A stretch of 63,992 bases of DNA, filler included, from Dimargaris cristalligena (Eukaryota): NCBI GenBank assembly GCA_003614675.1. It is 5 parts of 5 records of this genome, joined end to end, with 100 filler letters (N's around TTAATTAATTAA, not from the genome) between each part and the next. Parts side by side here need not be neighbours in the genome. Positions count along the whole stretch, not along the records: positions 26,005 to 38,881 come from ML003018.1; 4 more parts are not named here. One strand, 5' to 3'. This document shows positions 26,476 to 37,800 of the stretch, piece by piece (position 1 is the first letter of the stretch; each line of letters begins with the position of its first letter). A program made the translations under genes and the position numbers. The notes under the pieces are model-generated. The model was not told the DNA's origin, ran no database searches, and worked only from the letters and a program-made list of their open reading frames with translations.

Positions 26476-26944
26476 TTAATGATTATTTTTCCTAATTAGA
26501 AAAGGGTTCCCTGAACCAAGGCCATAAAGTAATCATTTTCAATACTAGATATTGCATTATTTGTTTCAACAATACCATCATTAAGCCAGAATAACATATA
26601 GTTATTATTAGGCTGGTGCTTTGAGGACCTCTGATCTCAGGACTGAGGGTAGGGCTAGTGTCCTTGCCTTTATTCAGGAAGAGAGGGTTGCCAGACATTG
26701 GTTTTGAGGGGCTAGTACCCAGTGACATCATTGGGTACTCAGGAAAAGGGCCTTCCATTATTCTGAACCCATCAGAATTACTTTTAGAATAAGTGCTAAG
26801 GTAAGATGAAAATAGTTCTAATATAATGGATCCTAAACTCCCATTGTTGGAGTTGCAGATTGAACAAGCTATGGTGGCCTGAGTTATGTGATATTATGAG
26901 TGAAAACAAAATAATAAAGGAATATGACTTCCACTAGAAGTCAT

Positions 26945-27522
26945 TATTGCCTGGGTTAACTACTTTTAGTCTGTCAAGAGTCCTAAGGATAGGCTTCTAA
27001 TGGTAGGTGGGGCTTAGACTCAGCCAAGTGGGCCACTAGTGTCAGATACAGGGCATGGTACTAACTAATAAAGGCTATGTACAGGTATAGGTAAGGAATG
27101 TGCAGTAAGCATACTTACTAGTTAGTACAAAGTGGGGGAGTGTATATAGCATTTATTAGGGGTAAACCAGGGGGTTAAGAATAAGCTAAGGAATCTGACC
27201 AGTCCTAATAGTGCCTAGTTATATATATACAGGTATTACTCCAGAGGGAGGTTCCCAGGGTAGGATACTACTAAGACTAAGGTATAGGTAAATAGGCCAA
27301 CTGGATAACTGTTAGTATCCGGAAACTCTGATGGTAACCAGAAGAGTCTTTGGATTACTACTTGAGTAATTAGTGTGAAGAGGCAGAATCCAGATGGGTA
27401 AGGGTTATATGATATAGGATAATCCCATAGTATTGGAGGTGACCATAGGAAGGCTAATATAGTATTATAAGACTTAATAGGGACAGATACTAAGGCATCT
27501 GGATTAAGGATTTGATAGTACA
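26945..27522 (-). mobile_element. Family A LTR-like repeat, inverted copy (~580 bp)
   Basis: Matches 26070-26475 inverted and 13250-13540 directly. Possible TGTAC start at 27522. No target-site duplication seen. Confidence 0.65.
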
Positions 27523-28215
27523 ATATCCAATAATAGTAATAGAGATGCAGTGGGGGGATCTGTGTCTATCTGGTAGGCCCTGCTGGTTAGCAAGTATAAT
27601 AGACCACCAAACTAAATATATTATATAGTTTTGGTATATATTAATGGGTGTGCGGATAGGGCTCATCCACTATTGTCCTATTATTAGGAGGCAGTCTAAT
27701 TATACCAGGTGCATGTATTTGCGCGGTATGGTGGTTGGAAAAGAAAAACCTACCAACTCCCAGTCGGTTTCCTGTGATGTGCCTAATGCATAGTGTCCGA
27801 ACCACATGAAGAGTTTAGTATAGTTGGTTACTATAATGGCATATAAGAATGCTCACCATACCCGATGTGAATTTAGCAATATAGTAAGCAACCCCAACAA
27901 CCAAGGTGCGAACTAACCAATGCATATTTATTGAAAGTGACAAATGTACAGGGGGCGCAGAGAATGACCCACTAGATATCGAATAGTTCTGAACCTACAA
28001 TATGTATATATATATAAAGGTCAAGAGCCGGTTGGGTTCGACAGTCCAGGCAGGTGCATGCGTTTAAGTGCAACGGGGCGGGTCGAAAGATGTGATTAAA
28101 TACAAGAGTTCGGGGGAAGAGAGGGTGAGAGGGAAGGAGGGTGGGTGGAGGATGGAAAAGGACTAAATAAAGGGAATAATTTAACGATGGACTGGAGTTC
28201 TTCGTACTAATCAAC

Positions 28216-28521
28216 TTAGGCAGGCACCCGCCCGATTTCTCGCTCACAGTGTGGACAAAAATGGACTTCGTCCCTGCACGAGTCCGTACACATTGGTATC
28301 CAGAACAGTGGGAAGAAGATGATACATGTTACGACCGTCATGATCCCGGCCTTACGACCGCCTTTGTGTGTCATGTTAGAAACGACGATGGTCCGGCAAT
28401 GGGGACAGTGGATAGTGAGCGGTTGGTTTTTGGCAATGAGTCCTGCGGGGGAAGTCAGGCCTGGAGCCGGTCGGGGTTCGGTACTACCGACGAAATCGCG
28501 TTCGACTTTATAACCGCTCAT
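28216..28521 (-). CDS. Short LITAF-domain (zinc ribbon, membrane-associated) protein
   Basis: P..IHCPHC, hydrophobic stretch CIIFFPLFWIP, and D..HFCPHC...IG. Confidence 0.88.
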   Translation of the reverse strand: MSGYKVERDFVGSTEPRPAPGLTSPAGLIAKNQPLTIHCPHCRTIVVSNMTHKGGRKAGIMTVVTCIIFFPLFWIPMCTDSCRDEVHFCPHCEREIGRVPA

Positions 28522-30778
28522 ATTGAACCGAAGAGACTAATGTATAAAAATATATACCAAAAAAAATGGTCGAGCTATAGCGCAGGTGAAATAGAATCCG
28601 GATAGAATATAGAAAATGGGGCACGGTTTTAATTACAACCAGACATCAACTTTTATAAGGATAGAAAGTAGACAAGGTTTACTGAATCCTGGAGGCATGT
28701 GGTGGCAAAAATGATAAAAATTGGGCTAGAAATGTACGATAGGGGGGGTGATTATTTGGGCAGGGAGGAAGGGGGCTTAGTATGGACAGTGAGGCAGTGG
28801 ATGGTAGGCCAAATGGCCAACTTATATGTGGATTGGAAGATACTCGACCTAGGTAGGCAAAAAAAATTGAAAATAGCCTGCTCTAAAGCGATCATTCCAC
28901 CACGACCGATTGACCCGCTCTCCGCCAACCTATTTCCGGGCCTTGTAGAATCCATACGGAAACAAACACCCAGCTAATAGTGATATAATGGGGGAAGGGT
29001 ATCGGCGGGGACCATAGGTTTATTCGTCGGTCAGAAACGGGAAAAACATCCAGTAGGTAGCCCTCAACCAATGTTAACCCTAAGCAACCCTCTCCCTTCA
29101 AGATCATTGGTAGGCATGTCTGTGACTAGTTGAATACGAGGAAAGCGATGAAGGAGGGGAAAGGACCAGGTAAATCTTTCTACCAGTTCCACCTGCTTTC
29201 TTGGCTGCTTTTCCCATGCTCTATGAGAAAAACTTGCCTTTCCTAACCATCCACGGTGCAGTTGCGCCAAAGTTTGTAAAGTTACCCGTCGCGCCTCTAA
29301 ATGGTAGCTGGTTTATGGCTTGTACGGCATCCTTTCTTTTAGGATTACCCAACCCAGCCAGGGTATATCTTTAAAGGCCAACACTATCCGTTGTACGGTA
29401 TTCCCGGAAGGCTTACTATCACAACCGGTAATCCCGCTGAGAAATGTCCTTGGGTGTGTGAGCAAGGTCAAGATGGATCGTCCAATCTCAGTCCGGCTAC
29501 CTCCCTCGGATATACATCGACTGTCTAATCACCGCTCGATTGCCAGGTTTGGTTACCATTCACCGTGGAGTTAGGGTATAGGCGAGTCAAGTCTTTAGTA
29601 GTAATATCATACGAAAAAATATGGTTCCTAATCCTGCGGGCCAAGGGTGTGGGAGTCGGCTATAGCCATTATTAGTCCATATATCCCACATATCAGAACA
29701 TCATCAATCCAGATGGTCCCGACCACTGAGTGTTGACTGCTTCATTAATTAGACGCTGGCTTAGGAGCCAAGAGTCGAAAATAAAGAATACGGCCAAGAA
29801 ACTCAGACATTATTCTCTGGGATAGATTATTAAAATTCACACAACAGGCCACTGCTATGATCAATGGAGAACTAATTACAAGCCTAGACGTTATGAAGCC
29901 GTTCCATTGTCAACTATAGGCCATCTCCCATCCCCCCCATCCACTCCCTCCCTCCCTCCCTCTACTCCTGGTTTTACGCTTGTGGTGTGGGCCAGAGGCA
30001 GGGGGTAAAATCTGGTATGGCATGTGATGAATACCATACTGGTATTTCTGGAACTAAGGTCCGGCTTTCTAGTGGCAATCCTGCGTTTGACCAACTGAAA
30101 GACCGTCTAGATGGCCATTCCTGAGTAGTATAACTGGGCTTACCACTGTTTGACAGCCCCAATGAATCCACCCAGCTTCACCCACTCTCCTATCCCCCCA
30201 TTTACCCCATTTACACGCACACCTACCTGGGGCCTCGGTTAGCCCCTGAACATTACTAATCTCGCCCAGCCACCAATCGTCATATCGTCATCCACTGTGA
30301 GAGATTTAAGTTCCAATGGGCGAGTTGGGTCTCTTCTGGATGAAGTCGATCGTTTAGAATTTTTTCCCAGATTCTTCAATGAGGGACGAACCATCGGTCG
30401 AGCAGGTGGCACCTAGGTTGCTTAAACTGTGGATTATTATATCCGGAAAAAAATAGCAGACCAAGTCCAATCCCTAACAGAACGGGGTTGAGTATCCAAC
30501 TGGACAAACCTGTTGGTCCCTGTACCCTCTGACCTAACAGGTATAGCATTCGCCAGATGGGCCGTATGTGGTGGCCAAGTCAGTGCAATTATACATGCAA
30601 TTTTATGGACATTCAAAGGAAAATCGAGTGCGAAATAACCAGTCCTGTATGGGGGTACTGATGTGGCCAGGTGAAGGCTGCCATAAAACAAAAACGGAAA
30701 AAATAGAGTATCAGTAAAATTAAAGTTGAAGAGACATGCGAAAGATGGGTTATCGCAACTATCTACGGCTTGTGTAGT

Positions 30779-31645
30779 TTAAGCTGGAATGCGCCCCAGT
30801 TCTGTCATGCAGATACCGCAGTAGTGAATCTCATCTTTAAATGACTTGGTAACGAACGGAACCCACACAAAAGGCAAGCAAGTTACGCCGAGTAACAGAG
30901 CAACCAGCCCCACCTTACGGCCATTGCGGTATCGCACCAAAGAAGTTACCCGTTTCTCACATTTGTAGCAGTGGGTTGAAATGGGTTGGTGTTTCGAAGA
31001 AGACGATGGCTCACCGGGAAGCAAGGATGCCGGATGCGCACTCCTAGGGTTGGTCACTGCTCCCCCTTCCACTCCTAAGGGCTGGTCTGAGCCAGCCTCT
31101 CGGTTATTAGCACCGCCTTCGCCCAGGACTAATGGCTGAGGCGAAAAGGTCCACCGGCGGATCCAGGTCCAGGGACGACTTGAAGTATCCGGGGCATTAG
31201 GCTCCCCACCTCGACCGGCACCTCCAATCCTACTCTTATCGGGCACATTCTCCAGGAGCACATTGTCATAGTCTTCCATGCTGTCGTGGTGTGCGTCATG
31301 ATGAGTCCCGGCACTGTAGGCGGGGGCAGGTATGGTGTGGATCGGCGGCGGCGGCATTGCGGTTAATACCGCGGTGAGCGGTGTGCCCGGTGTCATGGGG
31401 TTGGTGGGAGGCCGGGCGGTCTGTAAGTAGGGCGGGGGGAGACTAGTTTGGGCAGTTGGGGATGGTGAAAGTGCAGGTAAAGAGGGGCGATGACTGGTGG
31501 TAAACGCGGAGCCGCCGTGGGGGACGGCATTGTAACCTAGGCTGCGCGATTTGCGCGGATCAAAAAAGGACGAGACCGAAGTGGGGCCCGCCGCCGACAT
31601 TGTAGCCGATTCGTAAGGCTGGCCGGGATGGTTATTATGGGGCAT
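30779..31645 (-). CDS. LITAF-domain protein with Pro-rich N-terminus
   Basis: PISTHCYKC, LGVTCLPFVWVPF, KDEIHYCGIC..ELG, and a PPPY motif. Confidence 0.88.
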   Translation of the reverse strand: MPHNNHPGQPYESATMSAAGPTSVSSFFDPRKSRSLGYNAVPHGGSAFTTSHRPSLPALSPSPTAQTSLPPPYLQTARPPTNPMTPGTPLTAVLTAMPPPPIHTIPAPAYSAGTHHDAHHDSMEDYDNVLLENVPDKSRIGGAGRGGEPNAPDTSSRPWTWIRRWTFSPQPLVLGEGGANNREAGSDQPLGVEGGAVTNPRSAHPASLLPGEPSSSSKHQPISTHCYKCEKRVTSLVRYRNGRKVGLVALLLGVTCLPFVWVPFVTKSFKDEIHYCGICMTELGRIPA

Positions 31646-33800
31646 AGCGGAATAGAGGTGTCGAGTCGGTATTGAAGGATTAGTGGTACGACGCTTCCGA
31701 GTTGAAATTGGATTTATCGATCAATACGCAAGTGATGAACAATGTCCGTATAGACCTAAACGACAGCAAAAAGGATGGGATAATTCAATTGAAGTGGCTA
31801 GTAAATTAACGTAGCTCTCCAGGAGCATGGGAATTTACAAGTAACTACGAAAACCTAATCTGATAAGACAATTAAATACACTCAAAGGGGGGGGTGTAGA
31901 GAAATCGGGCCGAATACACTTATAATCCAGGAAAATACAACTTTGCGCACTACTTGATTATGTCTAGAGCTGCCCAGACAAGGTGGGTTTTATACTTAAT
32001 GCGATCGGGGCGGTAGCCTGCTACCGGGGAGATTAAGGGCGTCGAAAGAGATGTAATTTGGTTTTTAGTAACTCTCGTGCCATTCAGCATTCTACGACGG
32101 CCTTGGCGGGACTAATTAAACACTGGGCCTGACCACACTACGGCTGCATGTGGTGCGGCCAGTCCGACTGTAGGCCTTAAGCAAAAGCGGACGCTCGAGG
32201 GGAATTAGCGAAGCCAGCCGCAACCCCCCTCAAACAAGTAGGTTTGGTAGGCCAACAGTGGCCGTCAATCCGGATGGGAAGAGTGATGGACACCTTGTAC
32301 AGGCGCCATACCGAGGGTGTAATGTGCTTCTCGATAAAATCGGGTGGATTTGTATATCTATAAAACCCACACCCCCTGTAAACAAACCATACAGGCGCGA
32401 TGTTCCCCCTCTCCTGTCGAGTTGGCCGGATGAGGCATTGATGAAAAAACGAGTAGCCTATCACCCGATGCATGAAGGGGCTCAAAAAAACAAGACTGGA
32501 TGTCGGTGCGTAATAGGAAGGAATGCACAATAGAGAGAAAACAGTTGGAAAGAGGCCTGAAGAGCAGTACCAATTGGCCTGGTTAAGGCCAAATTAATGC
32601 AATACTAATCAGATTCGTGCGAGTTTGGGCTGGTTTGGATTGATTAGCCTTGCATAGAATAATTAAACCATTCACATCAGGCACTCGCCCGTCCTTCCCA
32701 TTTTGCTTTATTTGGCTTCCACTCAGGGGCAGTCGAAATGAGGGTGATAGGGGGAAGGGAAGAGCACTAGAGTTAGTTCCTTTTCCGGTTGATACTAGGC
32801 TACAATGAATGTAAACGCCATTCAAGGCCAATTCAAAATTTCGGTGCCCTGGACATACGCGGGTTTCCCTTTAATGAAGCTACCTACATCAGGTCAAGTA
32901 CATTTGAGCACCACCCATGCGTGTCGGCTCGGCTGAGTGGTTATCATAATATACGACTAAACTTACCAGCCCCCATGTATATATATATATATATTCGGGG
33001 ATAAAACTTCCCTTCAAGGGTAAAATGGTCTCGGGTAGTTGAGCTTCGATACTATGAAATGACCTAAAAAAGGACCCCAGTTCCTCGGTTTCCTTTGGTT
33101 CGAAGGGACCCCCCTGCTTTTTGGCTGGAGGGTAATTGTATTTACCTGTCCCTCCACTCTTTATGCTAGACACGCCTCAATTGGTTAGGCTTGGGTTAAA
33201 ATGAGGAACTTCGTAGTGTGCGACTCCATCGACCTGTACCACTCGTCTCCATTGGCCAGGTGAAACCGCGAGTTTGGCCCATGCCACTCAGTATATATTT
33301 AATTTATTTTCGCTGTATTCGTGTATCACACCCCACCTGCCACCCACCAACACCCCTAGAGGGGGCGAGTCGCGACCATGGTCTTTGTGTAGTACCTAAA
33401 CAATCCCAGTACGACCCCACCTGTTTGGCGCCAATAGGCCAATAATAATTTTTGGTCAAACAATCGCGACAGCCTGAAGGTTCCATGAGGGAAGAGAGAG
33501 AGGGGGGGTGTAACGCTAGTCCACCACCCAGGACGAATTTTCGCCTAAAAGAAGGAGACGTCCAACAGTTGTAGCCAAAGGTGGATGATGAAGCATCCCT
33601 CCGCCCCGTTCCTTCCGTATCAAAAATCCCTTCGATTTTCAAATTTTCAACTCGCGACCCAAGTGAATAAATATCGGACAAATTCCAGTCACCCTAGCTT
33701 CTCATTCTCTTATCAGTCCTTAGCCACTACACCTCCTCCCCTCATACACATATACCCCTCCATATATATACTCACATTTTGATTTTAGGTATTGCCGACT

Positions 33801-34307
33801 ATGCAGTTCAGGTATTTAGTCCCCGCCACCCTCCTGGTCCTGGCTACCATCACTCTCGCCAGCCAACAACTCACTTGGGACTATGGTTCAGCGCTGCCTC
33901 CTCCTAACCCTGTAGGAGGAACAACAACCCATCCGCCGGTCCCCAACGAGGGGCGCCGCTACTCGGTCCCTCTGAGAAAAAACTCCGACCTCCTCTCCCT
34001 CACACAACCTTCCCATTTAATGGACACTAAAGGAAAATTCGATGACAATATGGTCACGACGGAAGCCGAGACCCTACGGGCTGAATTAAACCAACTTATG
34101 TTGGCCCATTCGGAAAACGCCAAGGCCACTAAGACTGGTAGCATGGCCAGGGGCTATACCGACACTGGAACTATGGCTAGATATGCAGCCTTAAACAAGG
34201 TCCCTAGACAGCCGTTTTCGCGATCAGCCTCCGTCCCGGCGATTTATCCACACGCCTCAACCGTCAGTGGTAAGATTAAGGACTACGAAAATATGTTTAA
34301 GCAATAG
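33801..34307 (+). CDS. Orphan small secreted protein (168 aa, Cys-free)
   Basis: Classic signal peptide MQFRYLVPATLLVLATITLA, open frame, AT-rich 3' flank. No family recognised. Confidence 0.7.
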   Translation: MQFRYLVPATLLVLATITLASQQLTWDYGSALPPPNPVGGTTTHPPVPNEGRRYSVPLRKNSDLLSLTQPSHLMDTKGKFDDNMVTTEAETLRAELNQLMLAHSENAKATKTGSMARGYTDTGTMARYAALNKVPRQPFSRSASVPAIYPHASTVSGKIKDYENMFKQ

Positions 34308-34858
34308 CTCAAAAATAAGATCGACGAGGTTCATGAGTGGGTGTTGACCACCCTATTCATACAATATTCTTATATCCAACTCAAACCATTCCTTTGATTG
34401 TTCAACTAGGAAAATAATCGGGGTGCGTTAAACTATCAATTATAATAAAAACATTTGTCGCTATCTAAATTTAAAAGGGGTCGTCTATACCACACCCCAG
34501 TCAAGCCGACTAACACACTACGAATCCACCCACCAATATATTTGTAAATCGTCTATATTTATGCCAAGTCAACAAAGGAGGATGGTAGAAATAAAAAAAA
34601 TATAACGTACTCATAAAATGAAATTACAGACCAAATAAAATAATAAACAGAGGGAACAGTTTGAACTTATACCAAAGGGTAATAAAATTAAAAGAACATA
34701 AATAAATAAATAAAATCAAGAAAATGAAGCGGGGTTATATGAAAGAGATACGGGCGGATTAGCTTTGAATGATATATTAAAAGGATGGGCGGGCGCGTGT
34801 ATGTGTGGAGAGGGGTGGGGGGAAAGATATAGCAGCATCAAGGCCCCGACTCATAACC

Positions 34859-37800
34859 TCATTCGGCCATTTTCTTGTAAATAGTTTGGAGTTTTTCGGG
34901 GGACACCGGTCGGGGCCAAAAGTACGTGGTAAAGGCCCATAAATGCCGATGTAATTTCTCCCCCGGTGCATTCCCTTCATGATTACTACAGCCATTCGCT
35001 TGGTCAATAGTAACAGACACTGTTGCTGGACGAGTCTCCTGGACACACTTTTCAATATGATCTCCAATCGATTTGATACATTCCCGAATATGGCGTGCCT
35101 TGTCACCCGTGGACAGGGCCGGATCGTCTTTCCGGATTTTCTTTAATTCGTGTCGGACCGCCCGCATACGTTCCTTGCAGTCGTTATCATCCATACTATC
35201 GTAATGGGAGTAGTCGGGTTCTCCCACCGATCCATTGGCATTTCCTCGGCCGCGCGATGTAGATCGCTCGTGGCCGGACCGACGATTACTACCACTGGAC
35301 GTGTTACTACGCCGACTGCTCGAGCCGTTCCGGGCGAGGGCCGATGGGCCACCCGATGACCGCTCATCATAGGCCCGACGGCTCCGTTTGACGGGCGATG
35401 ACAGATCAAAGTCACCATCACTGCCGTCAGAGGGCCGGCCTCGGTGATTGGACGAAGGGGATGCCATTCCGCCAACTGCTCCGCGTTCCCCTCTCGCCGA
35501 CGTGCGGGAAGTGCGGCGGTGACTACCGCTGCTACCTGTCGATTGTTCGGATGACCGTTTACTTTTACTGCGATGGTTTGATCGTGAGTGGTTGCCAAAA
35601 TCGTCATCGCTACCATCGTCTCCAGCAGCTGAACCTCTCCGTCCATTGGCGTGATCATGAGAGTCCTCTCCATCGCTAACCCCGCGGCGATCCTTGGTAT
35701 AGTATCTATCGTTACTGCTCATCGTCGAGTCACCAGAGCCAGTATGCTCATCGTTGGGGGGATAGGCCCCTTCAAAATCGCTACCGTCGGACTCGTCAGC
35801 GTTGAATCGTCCACGCCGGCCTCGATTGGCCCGGCTGTTGGTGGTACGAGAGGGGGTTGCGTTTGATCGGGAAGCGGATGCACTTAATTTGGACTTTTTA
35901 CTGGCCCGGGAGGGGGGTGAGTCGGACAAACCTACACCAGTCGCAGCCGAGCCTGGCGTCATTCGACTGCGCTTCGTGGTTGTGGTCGAGGGTCGCCGGG
36001 CCGTGGACTCTCCCGTAAGCGTGGTTTGACGGGATGATAGTGCCACTCGGGCCTTCTTGGCCTTGGCACTAGCCACGTGCGTTTGAAGAATCTTAAGTAG
36101 GTATTCGGCACGACGTACGAGATGGCTGGACTTAGGGGCCTCAATGGTTTTCGGGGCCCCCGCAGCGGCACGGGCGGCGGCAGGGCGGGTCCGGCTACCC
36201 GAGGCCGAAGTGGTTGACGTCGTTGGTGTCATTGGCGCACCGGGTCCCGATTTGGCCATTGGTCCCACAAAGAATTTCTTGGTGAACCCCAGCTGACTGT
36301 CTTCACGGATTTTCTCCCAGTTACCGAACCCGTATAAATAGACGCCCACCAGGAGCATGGCGTCGTCCTTCTGGCCCCAACTACACGCCCAGTTGTGGAC
36401 CGGTTTGAGGGAAACCGACAGGCGAAATCGAGTGGGATTGGACAATGGGCCGATTTGGGTGGCCAGGCATTCTAATTCGGCTATCCGCTGAAGTAGTTGG
36501 GGGGCTTGGATGTTCGTTACGCCGCGGAATGTGATGGAGGTGGCACTACGGTTTGACGCGGAGGCTTTTTTGGTGGATCCTGCCGCATCGTGGTCTTCGT
36601 CGTCTTGGTCACCATCGTCATCACCGAGGTCAGCTCCCTCGCCCTCATCGTCGGAGCCGCCGCCCCGGGCTCGGCCTTTGGCACTGGGCCGTTTGGCCTT
36701 GGACTGGCTCGACGAAGCCTCGCAAGCTGCGATGAGTTCATCGTAGGTGGATTCCAGCAGGTCCCGTTCTTTATCCGCCAGTTCACTTTCCGCCACAATA
36801 GCGTCAAAACGCGTCCGTATATTGCCGAATTTCAGAAGGGCCTTGTACAGGGACCGCAGTTCCTTTTCGCTAAGGGAGTGGGGGTCACCACCGCTGGGTC
36901 CGTTATTCGAACCCGCAGCACCCGAGCGAGCTGCGGCCCGACCCCGCCCTTTGCTAGCGGAACCCCCGCCTTCCGCCTCGCCACCGTCTCGGCCATCCTC
37001 GGCATAGGAAACTACTCGACGCCGACGGCGACTGGACCAGTAGAGTTCTTCCTCGCGCTGCAACCGTTCCCGCTCGGCCTCCTCGTCCACTTTCCGGCGC
37101 TCGTCTTCGGGGATGATATCATCCCAATCGGCCATACCATCTTCGTCATCACCCACATGGTAATCGGCGACCTGGAACTGGTTCAAGAAGTCGTCACCCT
37201 GAAGTCCCAGGGCTCCATCTTCGGGGGTAGCTCCGGTGTCGTGGTGTTCGGCCCGGTCCAGGATATCGTCGAGGTCGAGGTCGTCCAGCTTCTTCTGATT
37301 ATCCGACTCCTTGAACATATTCGAGGCACCGAATTTGAGAATAGCACTAAGCTCATCCTTGTTGAAGTATTGGTTGCTGTTGGCCTTGTTAGTGGGTAAC
37401 AGCTGGGCCAGGGCATCGGCCTTATCACCTACCATATCCTTAAGGGCCGCCTGGGCCGCGAGCGAGATGCGGCCCGAACCCGACTGTAGTACACTCTGGC
37501 CGGATGTGTCCATGCGTTTGATGATGCAGTACTCCAACACCATCTTGCGTTTGGCTCGCTCGATCACGTCTTCCTCGATGGTATCCTTGGAGATAAAGCG
37601 GTACACGCTGACCGTCTTGGTTTGTCCGATACGATGCGCCCGTGCCATGGCCTGTAGATCATTCTGAGGGTTCCAGTCGGAATCAAAAATAATCACGGTA
37701 TCCGCCGCAGTTAAGTTAATCCCCAGCCCGCCTGCTCGGGTGGACAGTAGAAAGACAAAGTCATGTGACTGGGGCGCATTAAACTGATCAATGGCCTTTT

